Shown: positions 42,382 through 54,017, counted from the stretch's first letter. The stretch: 64,000 bases of DNA from an uncultured delta proteobacterium (GCA_963769935.1 CAVYNY010000017.1:1-64000), one strand, 5' to 3'. Numbers and translations are program-made. The notes: generated from the letters alone by a model not told the origin.

Positions 42382-43179
42382 TTATTTTCTTGATTTCATC
42401 CATTTCAGATATGAGGTGGGGCTGCTGAGTTCAGTTAGTTTTAATTTGCGGTCCAGATTCGTGCTTCTCATCCACAGCAGGCCGTACTGATCTTCATTGT
42501 CATATTTAAGCATGACCTCAGTGAGGCCTTCCGACCATAAATATCTCTCGCCGGCCCCCTTGATTTGGTTGCCTTGGCCGAATTGGTTAAAGACCGCATC
42601 GCGCAGGGCGGTGTAATTCGCCGGTCCCTGGATCCAGACCGTAACTGTGTAAAGCTGATCCTTCCAGAAAGAATAAATTACGGCTGTCAGGGCGGCCTCA
42701 CCGAGTTTTAAAACATCTGCCGGCCGAACATATTCTATGACTTCATCCAGTCCCGAATCGATCGGCCTTTTCTCCAGTCCTATCAGACCGGACAGCCGGA
42801 CGCCCCACTTCAGATCGTTAAAACCGTCCTTGCGCAAAACAAGGGCTTTATCTGCCGGCCGGGGCTGTGATTGTGCGGTGGAAACGGAGTCCTCCGCCGG
42901 CTGTGGATTGCTTTGTTTTATGTCGGCCGGGTTTTGATTCTCAGGGGCACCGGATTTTTCCGGCACGCCGCTGGTGCTTTCAATGCGTACAACTTTGCTT
43001 TGCGGTATGCTGGCTTTCAGTCCCTGCAGAATAAACCATACCTGATCCGAATCCTGCCAGGCCCTTTCGACTTTTAATTCGTTACCGTTTTTCAAATGCA
43101 AAATGTCAGTCCACGCCGTCAGCGGTATTAAAATCAAAAATAAAACAGCAGCCGTCATGTGACAGGTTCTGGGAGTCAT
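42382..43179 (-). CDS. Hypothetical exported protein
   Basis: Signal peptide, DILHLKNG N-domain, low-complexity linker and DGFNDLKWG C-domain; downstream of motB. Confidence 0.65.
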   Translation of the reverse strand: MTPRTCHMTAAVLFLILIPLTAWTDILHLKNGNELKVERAWQDSDQVWFILQGLKASIPQSKVVRIESTSGVPEKSGAPENQNPADIKQSNPQPAEDSVSTAQSQPRPADKALVLRKDGFNDLKWGVRLSGLIGLEKRPIDSGLDEVIEYVRPADVLKLGEAALTAVIYSFWKDQLYTVTVWIQGPANYTALRDAVFNQFGQGNQIKGAGERYLWSEGLTEVMLKYDNEDQYGLLWMRSTNLDRKLKLTELSSPTSYLKWMKSRK

Positions 43180-43206
43180 TTCAAATTTTAGCTCATTTTC
43201 TCAACA

Positions 43207-43926
43207 TTAAGGTTGCATGGAAACAATGATTTCAACACGGCGATTTTTTCGGCGGCCTTCTTCGGTATCGTTGGAAGCCAGCGCACGATACTCGCCGAAG
43301 CCCATGGTTGATAATCTCCTCGGATCAATGGCAGTGGATTTGAGCAAGAATTCAGCCACCGATCCGGCGCGTGCCATGGACAATCCCAGGTTGGATTTAA
43401 ACGGACCACCCTCCAAAGGCACATTGTCCGTGTGACCGGCAATGATCAGCTCCCCCCTGGTTTTGCTCAGGACCTCTCCAATTTTAAGCAGCAGCGGCTC
43501 GAATTCTTTTTTAAGCCTGGCCTGCCCGGTATCAAAGGTGGCCTCCCCCAGCATGCGGATGGTAACCTGGTCTTCCTTCACCGATACATCCACAAACTCT
43601 TTAAATTCCTGGAATTCGTTTTCCAGTTCCTCCAGGACCGGATCAACGACATCTTGTACTTTAATTAAAACTATTGTCTGGTCGAATTCTTTGGCAATCA
43701 TTTTCTGACCTTTGGGGGATTCGAAGACCGGTTTTTTACGCTGCATCCCGAAGGCGTTTTTTAAAGAACCGGATACGACCCGGTATTTGTTGCGGTCCGT
43801 CTCGGAAAACGACAGCATGAGAATGAAAAAGCAGAGCAGCAGGCTCATTAGATCCCCGAAGGTTACCATCCATGCCGGCGCGCCCTCTTCAACTTCCTCG
43901 ACAACCGTCTGGGCTTCATCACTCAC
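43207..43926 (-). CDS. motB: Flagellar stator protein MotB (OmpA-like domain)
   Basis: WMVTFGDLMSLLLCFF with conserved Asp, GHTD and NRRVEI. Confidence 0.92.
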   Translation of the reverse strand: MSDEAQTVVEEVEEGAPAWMVTFGDLMSLLLCFFILMLSFSETDRNKYRVVSGSLKNAFGMQRKKPVFESPKGQKMIAKEFDQTIVLIKVQDVVDPVLEELENEFQEFKEFVDVSVKEDQVTIRMLGEATFDTGQARLKKEFEPLLLKIGEVLSKTRGELIIAGHTDNVPLEGGPFKSNLGLSMARAGSVAEFLLKSTAIDPRRLSTMGFGEYRALASNDTEEGRRKNRRVEIIVSMQP

Positions 43927-44708
43927 TATGCGGCACCCCCGCTTTTGACTTTTGGCACGACTTTCAAACGATCTTTGGGCGAGAGATGAATTTTAAGCGT
44001 CTCCTGAAAGACCATGCCGGATAAACCGCGCGCGATACCGAGGGCGGCATCGAGAATAAGATTTTTGGTCACCTGTTCCTGCTGGCTTCTGAGCGCAAGC
44101 TTATCTGCCAGGGGTAAAAAAGCCAGGTTGGACAGCACGGCCCCGTAGAGGGTGGTTAAAAGGGCTACGGCCATAGCCGGACCGATGTCCTGCGGGTTGG
44201 CCATATTGCCCAGCATTTGAACCAATCCGATGAGGGTTCCGATCATTCCGAAGGCGGGTGCCGATCCCCCCATGCCTTTGAAGACTTTTTGCCCGGTTAA
44301 GTGGCGCTGGATGGTTAGATTGATGTCTTTGTTCAGCAACTCCTTAATTTGCTCCTCGTCAAAGCCGTCTGCCAGGAACTGAAAAGCTTTGGCGGCAAAA
44401 TCATCATCCGGTTTTTCGTTTTCCAAAGCCATCAATCCTCTTTCCTTGGCGACTTTAGCGATGCCCACCATCTTTTCCATGATTTGGTCCGGCGGTTGAA
44501 TTTTAACCGCGAAGGCCTTCATGGCAACCCGGAACGAATTGACGACATCGGACATTGTAAATTTGATAAAGCAGGTGGCTACCGTACCGCCGACAACAAT
44601 CAACAGGCCCGGTATATTGACAAATATCAGCGCATTGCCGCCGGTAACGATGGCCAGAGCAATTAAAAATGTACCACCGACCAGCCCTATGATGGTTGCT
44701 ATATCCAA
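43926..44708 (-). CDS. motA: Flagellar stator protein MotA/PomA
   Basis: APAFGMIGTLIGLVQML and IGPAMAVALLTTLYG. Confidence 0.92.
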   Translation of the reverse strand: MDIATIIGLVGGTFLIALAIVTGGNALIFVNIPGLLIVVGGTVATCFIKFTMSDVVNSFRVAMKAFAVKIQPPDQIMEKMVGIAKVAKERGLMALENEKPDDDFAAKAFQFLADGFDEEQIKELLNKDINLTIQRHLTGQKVFKGMGGSAPAFGMIGTLIGLVQMLGNMANPQDIGPAMAVALLTTLYGAVLSNLAFLPLADKLALRSQQEQVTKNLILDAALGIARGLSGMVFQETLKIHLSPKDRLKVVPKVKSGGAA

Positions 44709-45101
44709 ATTATCAACACCTGCTCTTCATCAGAGCCGCCACCCGTGGCCCTGAAACTGTTGGTCATCTATCTATTTGAAATTTTTAAAATATGAGAGAG
44801 GATGATTTGAATACCGTTTCCACATTCCACTTTATCGAAGATTAATTCAACACCCCTTTGATCGGCCAATCGGGCCAAAACTTAAGTGAAAATCCGCCTA
44901 AAAAGGAGATCATTTCAATTATTCGCCGCCAATACCTATCAGTATTTGTTATGCTTATTGATTGACATGGGCCGGCATTTGTTCGTATTATGAGCCCAAA
45001 TCAATTACCGGCCTTTCAGAATCCGTGAATTGAGCCGTCTAAATAATCAAATAAACGGAAAAAATTTAATTAATGGCAAACAGCAGCTCCGGGATTGGAA
45101 C

Positions 45102-45686
45102 ATGGTGAAAGTATTGTTTTGTACATTGGTAGGCCTGCTAATGGTAGGCCAGTCAGTTATGGCGGCAGATGACGCTTCTGCTGAAGCGGTATTGAAGAAG
45201 AATCTGGCGGCCGTATTTGCGGTCCTGGAAAAAAAGGACCTGGTCCAGGAGACGAAAAACAAGGAAATCGTCGATATCGTAACTCCGATGTTTGATTTTT
45301 CTCTGATGGCCAAGCTGACGTTGGGGAAAAAATACTGGTCCGGCCTCACCGGGGACCAAAAGGAAAAATTTACCCAACTATTTATCAATCGCCTGCGGAC
45401 ATCCTATCTTGGCCGGCTTACCCTCTATACGGATGAAAAAGTTGTTTATGAACCGCCTGTCGAGAACAACCAAAAAATTAATATTCCGACACATCTGGTC
45501 TCCCAAGACAGGAAGATATCCATTTTGTACAAGTTTTATGATTCAGAGCCCGGATGGAAAGTTTATGATTTAGAGATTCAGGGTGTCAGCATTATCCGAA
45601 GCTACCGGGAGCAGTTTGACCAGATCCTGCAGAATGGGACGTTTGAAGATCTGCTGGCGAAGATGGAAAAACCGGGCGTAGAATAG
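45102..45686 (+). CDS. MlaC/Ttg2D-family lipid-binding periplasmic protein
   Basis: FDFSLMAKLTLGKKYW and WKVYDLEIQGVSIIRSYREQF. Confidence 0.88.
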   Translation: MVKVLFCTLVGLLMVGQSVMAADDASAEAVLKKNLAAVFAVLEKKDLVQETKNKEIVDIVTPMFDFSLMAKLTLGKKYWSGLTGDQKEKFTQLFINRLRTSYLGRLTLYTDEKVVYEPPVENNQKINIPTHLVSQDRKISILYKFYDSEPGWKVYDLEIQGVSIIRSYREQFDQILQNGTFEDLLAKMEKPGVE

Positions 45687-45807
45687 AAACTGCTTAAAAG
45701 TTCGGATCCGGCTGGCGCATTGGCCCTGATTATGTCGGGGCATTGCGCGCTGCAACGAGGTTTAAAACTGATCCTTAAATCTTCAATTTCCAAGTCTAAA
45801 ATTACCT

Positions 45808-48332
45808 ATGAGTGGATTGCCGCCCCTGCTGATAAATTTTTACGATAAGCTTGTGTTGAAGCGACCGCGAATCATTTTGTTCTGTCTTTTGGTGCTGGTT
45901 TCTTTTCTGGGATATAAGGCCAAAGATTTTAAACTGGATGCCTCTGCCCAAACGCTGATTATCGAAACCGACCAAGACTTGCGCTACTCCCAGATGATCA
46001 GATCCCGTTATGGGGGATATGACTATCTTATGTTGACCTATACTCCGAAGGACGATTTGTTCGCGGACCACGTCCTGAAAACGCTTGGACGGCTGCGAAT
46101 GATTTAAGACGGCTGCCGAGTGTGGCGGAGGTGGTTTCCATCCTGGATGCGCCGTTGCTGGAGAGCCCGCCGGCGCCGGTTAAGCAGTTGGCCACCAGCA
46201 TCGAGACGCTCGAATCGCCCACCGTTGACAGGAGGCTGGCTAAAATCGAATTCGCCGGCAGCCCGCTTTATCGCAACCTGTTGGTCAGCGCGGACCTCAA
46301 AACAACGGCCCTTCAAATTAAATTTCATCCCGATGAGGTCTATGAGCAATTGTTGACCCGGCACGATCAGTTGCTGGCAAAACAGCGGCAGGGTGCGCTT
46401 ACGGCGGCCGAGCATGATGAATTAAAAAGAGTCGCTGCGGAAATTGAAAATCGACAGGACGAGCTAAAGGAAATCCGCCACCGGGACATTGCTGCAATTC
46501 GCGAGATAATGGACCGTTACCGCGGCGATGCCGAGCTTTTTCTGGGCGGTATCAGCATGGTTACCGACGATCTGATCAGCTTTATCAAGAATGATTTGAA
46601 AATATTCGGGCTCGGAGTACTGTTTTTTCTGATAGCCGCCTTAGGCATGATATTTCGCAGCAAGCGCTGGGTGATACTGCCGATTCTTTGCTGTGCATCT
46701 GCGGCCATTGCCATGATGGGTCTGCTGGGGATGTTCGACTGGCCGGTGACGGTGATATCTTCCAATTTCATTTCCTTACAACTCATTGTCACAATGGCCA
46801 TGACGATCCATTTGATCGTACGCTATCGGTTGCTTCTGGCTAATAATCCCGCCGCCGAACAGCGCCAGCTTATACTCGATACCGTGCGGCAGATGATGAC
46901 ACCCTGTCTTTTTGCCGCCCTGACGACAATTGCCGGTTTCGGCTCGCTTTTATTCTGCAATATCCTGCCGGTCAAAACATTTGGATGGATGATGATCGCC
47001 GGTATTTCGGTATCGCTGATTCTGACATTTTTGATATTTCCGGCCGGTCTGATGCTGATGAAAAAGAAAACGATTCCGCCCGCCGGAAAATCACGCTATT
47101 CATTGACATCGTTTTTGGCCGGATTTACGGAAGCCCACGGCACCGCCATTCTGGCTGCCGGCAGCATCATCTTTATTATCAGCGCCGTCGGCATATCCCG
47201 GCTGACCGTAGAAAACAGCTTCATTGACTATTTTAAAGATTCTACCGAAATCTACCGGGGCATGAAGGTCATCGATCAAAAGCTGGGCGGCACCACGCCC
47301 CTGGATGTCATCATTGGACTTGATGGATCCGGCAAGCCGAAAACGGCGGCGCCTGCCAAGACCGCCGGGATCGATGCAAACAGCGACGATGAATTTGATA
47401 AATTCGATGAATTCGAAAAAAAAGATGATAACGATAAATATTGGTTTACTGCAGGCAAGATGGCGCTGGTCACCAGGATTCACAATTACCTTGACGGTTT
47501 GCCGGAAACCGGAAAAGTGCTTTCGCTGGCCACCATGCTCAAAATTGCTGAAAAGTTAAACCATGGCAAGCCGCTGGACAATTTTCAACTGGCCCTGCTG
47601 TACAGCGAACTGCCCGCGAAGTTCAGAGACGTCGTGTTAAACCCATATGTATCCATGGCCCATGATCAGCTGCGTTTCTCCGATCCGGGTAAAGGATTCT
47701 GCCAAAACATTAAAACGGGACCTGCTTCTGAAAAAAATCAGATCCGATCTGAAGCAGAAATTCGGTTTGAAGCCGGATCAGATCCATATGACCGGACTGC
47801 TGGTGCTCTACAACAATATGCTGCAGAGTCTGTTTGAGTCACAGATCCTGACGCTGGCAATTGTGGTGCTGGCACTATTGGGAATGTTCTGGATCCTTTT
47901 CAGGTCTCTGAAAGTTGCTTTGATAGCGCTGGTACCCAATTTGCTGGCAGTTGGCGCGGTGCTGGGTTTTATGGGATGGCTGAACATTCCCCTTGATATG
48001 ATGACCATCACCATCGCGGCGATCAGCATGGGAATTGCTGTGGACAATACGATTCATTATATCTATCGATTCAAGAGGGAATTCAAAGTGAGCGCGGTTA
48101 CATCAACACGGTGCATTTTTGTCATGCAAGCATCGGCAGCGCCATGTATTACACGTCGGTTACCATCATCCTCGGTTTTTCCATCCTCGTTCTGTCCAAT
48201 TTCCTTCCCAGCATCTATTTCGGTCTGCTGACGGGACTGGCCATGTTCATTGCGATGTTTGCCTCCCTGACGCTGCTGCCGCAATTGCTGGTCGTCTTAA
48301 AACCTTACGGGCCGGAAGATAGTGATAATTGA
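45808..48332 (+). CDS. MMPL-family RND lipid transporter, three frameshifts (near 46098, 47680, 48090)
   Basis: Four consecutive ORFs join into one MMPL protein: FKLDAS, TTIAGFGSL, LGGTTPLD, GIAVDNTIHY and GFSILVLSNFLPS. Confidence 0.85.
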
Positions 48333-48510
48333 TTGCGGATTTTGGAGTTTTCATCCAATCCTTTTTCCCTTTACCGACGATGGGTCGGCGGCATTGCCAC
48401 CCCATATTTCTTTACAAAAATCTTCCTCAATAGTATAGACCATTCTGTCGTCTGTTTTCTGTCATCTGCTTTCTATCATCAGTCATCTTGTGAGCTGAGG
48501 AGTGCCGACG

Positions 48511-49767
48511 ATGCAATACTTACCCGATCATGACCCCGAGGTTGCCGCAATTATCCGCCGGGAAGAAGCCAGAATTGAAGACACCCTGGATCTCATTGCT
48601 GCTGAAAATCATGCGCCGCGATCCATTTTTGAAGCGCAAGGATCCATCTTCAGCACCAAAGCGGCCGAAGGGTATCCGGGCAACCGTTTCCATGCCGGCT
48701 GCCGGCAGGCCGATGATTTGGAGCGTCTCGCAATATCAAGAGCCGGCCGTCTTTTTGGCGCGGATCATGCCAATGTGCAGCCCCACAGCGGAGTTTCAGC
48801 CAATCTTGCGGTTTACTTCGCGGTGCTTAATGTAGGCGACAGAATTCTTTCCATGAAATTATCCCACGGGGGGCATCTTTCCCATGGGGACCCGTCGTCA
48901 ATTACCAGCAAGTGTTTTAACTTCCGGCATTACGGCCTAAATCTTGAAACCGAGTACATCGATTATGACGAGGTCCAAGATCTGGCGCGGGATTTCGGGC
49001 CCCGTATGATCGTGGCCGGTGCCAGTTCCTATCCCCGGTTGATCGATTATGAAAAAATGGCGCAGATCGCTGCAAGTGTCTCAGCTTATCTGCTGGTGGA
49101 TATGGCCCACATTGCCGGGCTGGTTGCGGCCGGATTGATTCCCAGCCCGGTGCCGCATGCGGATTTTGTGACCTTTACCACCTACAAGACCCTTCAAGGG
49201 GGCCGGGGCGGCGTGATATTGTGCCGGCGGGACCATGCCAAAAAAATCAGTCGTGCCATCTTTCCGGGTGCCCAGGGAACGCCCTCCCTCAATCTGCTGG
49301 CCGCCAAAGCGGTGTGCTTCAAGCTGGCCATGGAGCCGGAATTTAAAAAACTGCAAAAAAAGACATTGGAAAATGCCGTTGCTTTAGCGGCCGGCTTCGA
49401 AAAGAAAGGTTATCGCCTTGTCACCGGCGGCACCGACAACCATTTGATTCTGCTTGATTTAAGACCAAAGGATTTAACCGGTGATGTTGCCGAACATACC
49501 CTGGAGTCGGTGGGAATCGTTGTCAACCGCAACGTCATTCCGGGAGATCCCCAAAGGCCGGAGGTCGCCAGCGGCATCAGAGCCGGCAGTCCGGGTATAA
49601 CGTCAAGGGGTATGGGAGCGAGCGAGGTTTTTCAAATCGTTGATTTGATGAATCGTGCCATGATCAACCGGCGAAATGGTGAGGTCCTGGCGCAGGTGTC
49701 AAAAGCGGTTGTCGATTTGTGCCGGAGGTTTCCGGTTTATAAAAAACAGGAAGAGGTTGTGATATGA
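48511..49767 (+). CDS. glyA: Serine hydroxymethyltransferase
   Basis: LIAAEN, AEGYPG, NVQPHSG, HGGHLSHG, DMAHIAGL, TTYKTL and GGTDNHL. Confidence 0.93.
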   Translation: MQYLPDHDPEVAAIIRREEARIEDTLDLIAAENHAPRSIFEAQGSIFSTKAAEGYPGNRFHAGCRQADDLERLAISRAGRLFGADHANVQPHSGVSANLAVYFAVLNVGDRILSMKLSHGGHLSHGDPSSITSKCFNFRHYGLNLETEYIDYDEVQDLARDFGPRMIVAGASSYPRLIDYEKMAQIAASVSAYLLVDMAHIAGLVAAGLIPSPVPHADFVTFTTYKTLQGGRGGVILCRRDHAKKISRAIFPGAQGTPSLNLLAAKAVCFKLAMEPEFKKLQKKTLENAVALAAGFEKKGYRLVTGGTDNHLILLDLRPKDLTGDVAEHTLESVGIVVNRNVIPGDPQRPEVASGIRAGSPGITSRGMGASEVFQIVDLMNRAMINRRNGEVLAQVSKAVVDLCRRFPVYKKQEEVVI

Positions 49768-50426
49768 CCAAATTTGTTGAACTCAGCCACATTATCACAG
49801 ACGGCATGATAACGTATACCGGTCTTCCGGGCCCCATTATCAGAGACTATGTGAGCCGCGCTGCCTCGCGGGAACATTATGCCGCCGGCACAACATTTCA
49901 AATCGGCAAAATAGAGATGGTGGCGAACACCGGTACCTATATCGATGCGCCGTTTCATCGATATGAAGACGGCGGGGATTTGTCGCAGCTTAAAATTGGT
50001 TCGGCGGCCGACCTCGACGGATTGGTTGTTCATGCCGCTAAGGCGACCCGGGCAATAAAACCGGAGATTTTCAAAGGCCGGGATGTGAAAGACAAGGCTG
50101 TGCTGATCCATACCGGATGGGACAGGCATTGGGGGACAGGTCGGTATTTCGATGATTACCCGTATTTGACCGGGGAAGCGGCAGCGTTTCTGAAATCAGC
50201 GGGGGCCGTCCTCGTTGGGATAGACTCGCTGAACATAGACGACAACACAGATGGAACCCGGCCGGCCCATACCATCCTGCTGGGGGCAGAAATACCGATT
50301 GTCGAGCATCTGCACGACCTGGGGGCCCTGCCGGATTCCGGGTTTAAATTTTTCGCCGTTCCGGCCCCCATTAAAGGTATGGGATCTTTTCCGGTGCGGG
50401 CTTTCGCGATAATCAATTTGCCCTGA
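49764..50426 (+). CDS. Cyclase family (kynurenine formamidase-like) protein
   Basis: NTGTYIDAPFH, GIDSLNID, IVEHL and FPVRAFA. Confidence 0.88.
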   Translation: MTKFVELSHIITDGMITYTGLPGPIIRDYVSRAASREHYAAGTTFQIGKIEMVANTGTYIDAPFHRYEDGGDLSQLKIGSAADLDGLVVHAAKATRAIKPEIFKGRDVKDKAVLIHTGWDRHWGTGRYFDDYPYLTGEAAAFLKSAGAVLVGIDSLNIDDNTDGTRPAHTILLGAEIPIVEHLHDLGALPDSGFKFFAVPAPIKGMGSFPVRAFAIINLP

Positions 50427-51167
50427 TTGAAAACGCTCAATTGCGGGACAAGCACATGAAGTTCGATTTTTGCTTGAAAGTTGTATAAATATCGTATACA
50501 TCATTTTTGAAGGAGTGGGTCCCTCAAATAGGGTTCGACATATACGGAGAGGAGCAGAGACACTGATTTTAGGAGACAGAGAAGAACTAATTTGGAGGGA
50601 TGAGAAGATCTGCCGGGGGATATTCAAAAGGGAGCGAATGGCGCTCGCCACCGGGACTTACAGACGGATCATTTTCTCTCTCGGTTCATTTTTTCGAAAT
50701 TACAATTCGACCGGTAAAAAGATGCTCTGAAGTGGCTTCATGAACCTTAAGGACCCACTCTTCCTCTTATCCCGTGCCGCCATCGAAATCCCGGTTCGCT
50801 GAACCAGGACGCCTTACCTTTTCAAAGCGAGAATCATTTCGGAAGGAAATAACAGCTGTTGATGGTATCCGCGCGTTTTTATCTCAAATCCATTAAAACC
50901 GTTTGACCGCCGCTAATGTCCGCTAATTCAATCGTCCGGCTTCTAACACGGCTTTCTGCAATTTTACCCCAAATGTTATAAATAATCCTCTATCGATGGG
51001 AAGAAAAACAATTAACATCCGGCAGATTAGTGCTTGACACAAAATTTAATGGCAGGGTACAGTGCCCTGAAATTTGGGTTATTCTGTCTGTAAGCAAATC
51101 CTTAAGAAATTGCGCTTATGACTCAAGTCTGCTTCAGGACCGGATGTTTAGAAAAGGACCGGAATCA

Positions 51168-52130
51168 ATGACTCGTTTAAGCAGCGTTTTTCTGAAAGAT
51201 GTCGATCGTGTTGAGATAACTACCCTGATCGATAACTATGTCGACCTTATGCTGCAGGATACTCCCATTGTTAAAAGACCTCCGCTTTCAAATGGCAAAG
51301 AACTGCCCCGTGAAACCTTGACGGCGGAACACGGTCTTTCCCTCTTGGTTACGACCTGCCGGGGTTCTGAAAAGCATTCCGTGCTTTTGGATGCCGGGTA
51401 CAATAAAAATAGTGTGCTGCGCAACATCGATCAACTCGGCGTCGATATTCAATCTGTCGAAGCGATCGTTCTCAGCCATGCGCACATGGACCATGCCGGC
51501 GCATTATATTCCATCCTCGATAGAATATCGAAACCGATAGCGCTGGTTGTGCACCCGGATATTTTCTCGTTTCCTCGATTTTTGGAGGATAAAAACGGGA
51601 ACCGCGTATTTTTCCCCCGAACTATCATCAAAGAAGATATCGCAGCGACCGGCTTGACGCTTATCGAGAGCCGAACCCCCACCCTCATTGCCCATGATAC
51701 CATCGCTGTAACGGGCGAAGTGGAGAGGACAACCGATTTCGAGAAGGGGATGCCGAATGCCTATTTACAGGTGGATGGGCACTATCAGGAAGACCGCATT
51801 ATCGATGATCAATCCCTGGTCGTTCAACTGAAAAACAACCGCTTGGTCCTGATCACCGGCTGCTGCCACGCAGGCATTATCAACACCATCCGCTTTGCAC
51901 AGAAGTTGACGGGAATTGAGAACGTTTATGGGGTGCTCGGAGGGCTTCATCTGAGCGGCGCTTTTTTTGAAACGGTTATCGATAGAACCGTTGAAACATT
52001 AAAAGAGATCCATCCGGAAGTTATCGTCCCCATGCACTGCACCGGATGGAACGCCGCCAAAAAACTGGCAGATGCCTTGCCCGATTCATTTATAATAAAC
52101 AGCGTTGGATCAAAGTTTATATTAACCTGA
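51168..52130 (+). CDS. MBL-fold metallo-hydrolase
   Basis: AEHGLS, LSHAHMDH, TGCCHAG, GGLHL and PMHCTG. Confidence 0.88.
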   Translation: MTRLSSVFLKDVDRVEITTLIDNYVDLMLQDTPIVKRPPLSNGKELPRETLTAEHGLSLLVTTCRGSEKHSVLLDAGYNKNSVLRNIDQLGVDIQSVEAIVLSHAHMDHAGALYSILDRISKPIALVVHPDIFSFPRFLEDKNGNRVFFPRTIIKEDIAATGLTLIESRTPTLIAHDTIAVTGEVERTTDFEKGMPNAYLQVDGHYQEDRIIDDQSLVVQLKNNRLVLITGCCHAGIINTIRFAQKLTGIENVYGVLGGLHLSGAFFETVIDRTVETLKEIHPEVIVPMHCTGWNAAKKLADALPDSFIINSVGSKFILT

Positions 52131-52192
52131 AGCCCCCTGAAGGAATGGATCTTGTCAGGAAATAACTGCTTCAGCCAAAGGAGATTATCCCG

Positions 52193-53284
52193 ATGAAAAG
52201 AAAATCAGTCATTATCATTGCCGTTTTGTTGACCTTGGCGCTCGCAGAGCTGCCTGCCGCCCGAAAATGTTTTGCCGCGGCCGAAGTTTTCAATTTTAAG
52301 TTCGCCCATATTTTTCCGCCGACCGCCAAGCACTCGCTAATCTGTGAAGCCTTTATCAAGGATCTTGAAGAGCGGTCCGGCGGACGCATCAAAACCAGCT
52401 ATTTCGGCGGCGGCTCACTGCTCAAACCACCCGGCATGTACAATGGCATAGAAATGGGAATCGCTGATATGGGGTTCGCCCATATCGAGTATACCCCGGG
52501 CCGTTTTCCGGTAACCGAAGCTTGCGACCTGCCGCTGGGCTACCCCAGTGGATGGGTATCGAACATGGTGGTAAACGACTTTTACAACACATTCAAACCA
52601 AAGGAATGGGACAAGGTCAAGGTGCTCTGGATGCATGCCAGTACACCCAACGTCATGATCTCCACCCAGCCGATTCGCACATTAGAGGATTTTAAGGGGT
52701 TGACCATCAGGGGACCGGGCCGGGTCGGAGATACCGTCAAAGCCCTGGGCGCATCCCCTGCCCCGATGCCGATTATGGAAGTTTACGACGGTCTGTCCAA
52801 AGGCGTCATTCAGGGCGTCAACACCCCCTTTGAGACGCTGAAAACCTTCAGGTTCGCCGAGGTCGCGAAATATACGACCTCCAGCTGGCAGGTCGGCAAC
52901 ATATATACCTTTTATGTCATCATGAACAAAAAAAGTTATGAAAGGCTGCCGGCGGATTTAAAGTTGATTCTTGAGGAACTTAGCGGGGAGTATAAAGAGA
53001 AGTTCGCTTTGATGTGGAATTCACTGGATTTTGACGGCAAGGATTTTGCCGCCGCAAAAGGGGTTGAGATCCTGCAGCTGACCCCGGACCAGGTGGATAA
53101 ATGGAAAAAAGCCACGGAGCCGGTGATCGATAACTATGTTAAGGACATGACTTCAAAAGGATATTCCGAAAGTGAAGTCAGAGGCTGGATCGCCTTTCTG
53201 CGGCAGCGGATTGATTTTTGGACCGCTAAGCAGCTTGATTACCGGATTAAATCCGTCACCGGACCGGATGAAATGAGACCTTAG
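52193..53284 (+). CDS. dctP: TRAP transporter substrate-binding protein
   Basis: Signal peptide, EERSGGRI, YTPGRFP and EVYDGLSKGVIQG. Confidence 0.9.
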   Translation: MKRKSVIIIAVLLTLALAELPAARKCFAAAEVFNFKFAHIFPPTAKHSLICEAFIKDLEERSGGRIKTSYFGGGSLLKPPGMYNGIEMGIADMGFAHIEYTPGRFPVTEACDLPLGYPSGWVSNMVVNDFYNTFKPKEWDKVKVLWMHASTPNVMISTQPIRTLEDFKGLTIRGPGRVGDTVKALGASPAPMPIMEVYDGLSKGVIQGVNTPFETLKTFRFAEVAKYTTSSWQVGNIYTFYVIMNKKSYERLPADLKLILEELSGEYKEKFALMWNSLDFDGKDFAAAKGVEILQLTPDQVDKWKKATEPVIDNYVKDMTSKGYSESEVRGWIAFLRQRIDFWTAKQLDYRIKSVTGPDEMRP

Positions 53285-53516
53285 TGCTTCGATTCGCAAT
53301 TACAGTTACGTATGCTTGGATTGAGAATTATTAATATTGCTCACTCAGCACTAAGTCCTGAGTGAATAAATACGCCACCGTATTTATGAATCGACGGACT
53401 TAGGGTTAGGTCGGTGCCGGTCGCCCGCCCCGGATAGAAAAAAAGCTGGAAGATCATATTGCCCGGCGAAATATTCCGGGGCCGGGCATATCCATTCGAA
53501 AAAGAGGCCGTGACTT

Positions 53517-54017
53517 TTGACGTCCCTGCTTGAAAAATTTGACCGTTTCAACCAAAGGTTCAGCTACCTCGTGGAGTGGATCGGTCTTGGCAGCCTGCTC
53601 CTGATGATGCTTATAACGTGCATGGACGTGATGGGAGCGAAGATATTCCGCCTGCCGGTTCCGGGGGCAATTGATTTCGTCATGTTGTTGCAGTTGTTCT
53701 CAATCTCCTTTGCCGTTGCCGCCAGCCTCATTTTAGGCCGGCATGTTGAGGTGGAATTTTTCGTTCCGCTGCTCCCAAAGGTCGTGCGCGGGATCGTGGA
53801 TTGCATTATCCAGCTGTTGGGCTTGCTGCTGTTTGTATTGATCTGCTGGCGTCTGATGGTTTATGGGCACATGCTTCAGACGTCCCATGAGGTGACGTCT
53901 ACAATTCGGATACCGCTCTATCCCTTTGCCTATGCAATGGTCTTGGCCTTCATCCCGGTCTGTCTGGTATACCTGCAGCGGTTTATCGTATCACTCATGA
54001 GGTTAATAAAAAATTGA
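53517..54017 (+). CDS. dctQ: TRAP transporter small permease
   Basis: 4 TM helices and RHVEVE, between dctP and dctM. Confidence 0.88.
   Translation: MTSLLEKFDRFNQRFSYLVEWIGLGSLLLMMLITCMDVMGAKIFRLPVPGAIDFVMLLQLFSISFAVAASLILGRHVEVEFFVPLLPKVVRGIVDCIIQLLGLLLFVLICWRLMVYGHMLQTSHEVTSTIRIPLYPFAYAMVLAFIPVCLVYLQRFIVSLMRLIKN

Noticed and set aside
50470..50730. 86-aa ORF, or a glycine riboswitch near glyA
   Set aside because: No RBS or protein motif, and the conserved glycine-aptamer segments (CCGAAG, CTCTCAGG) are absent.
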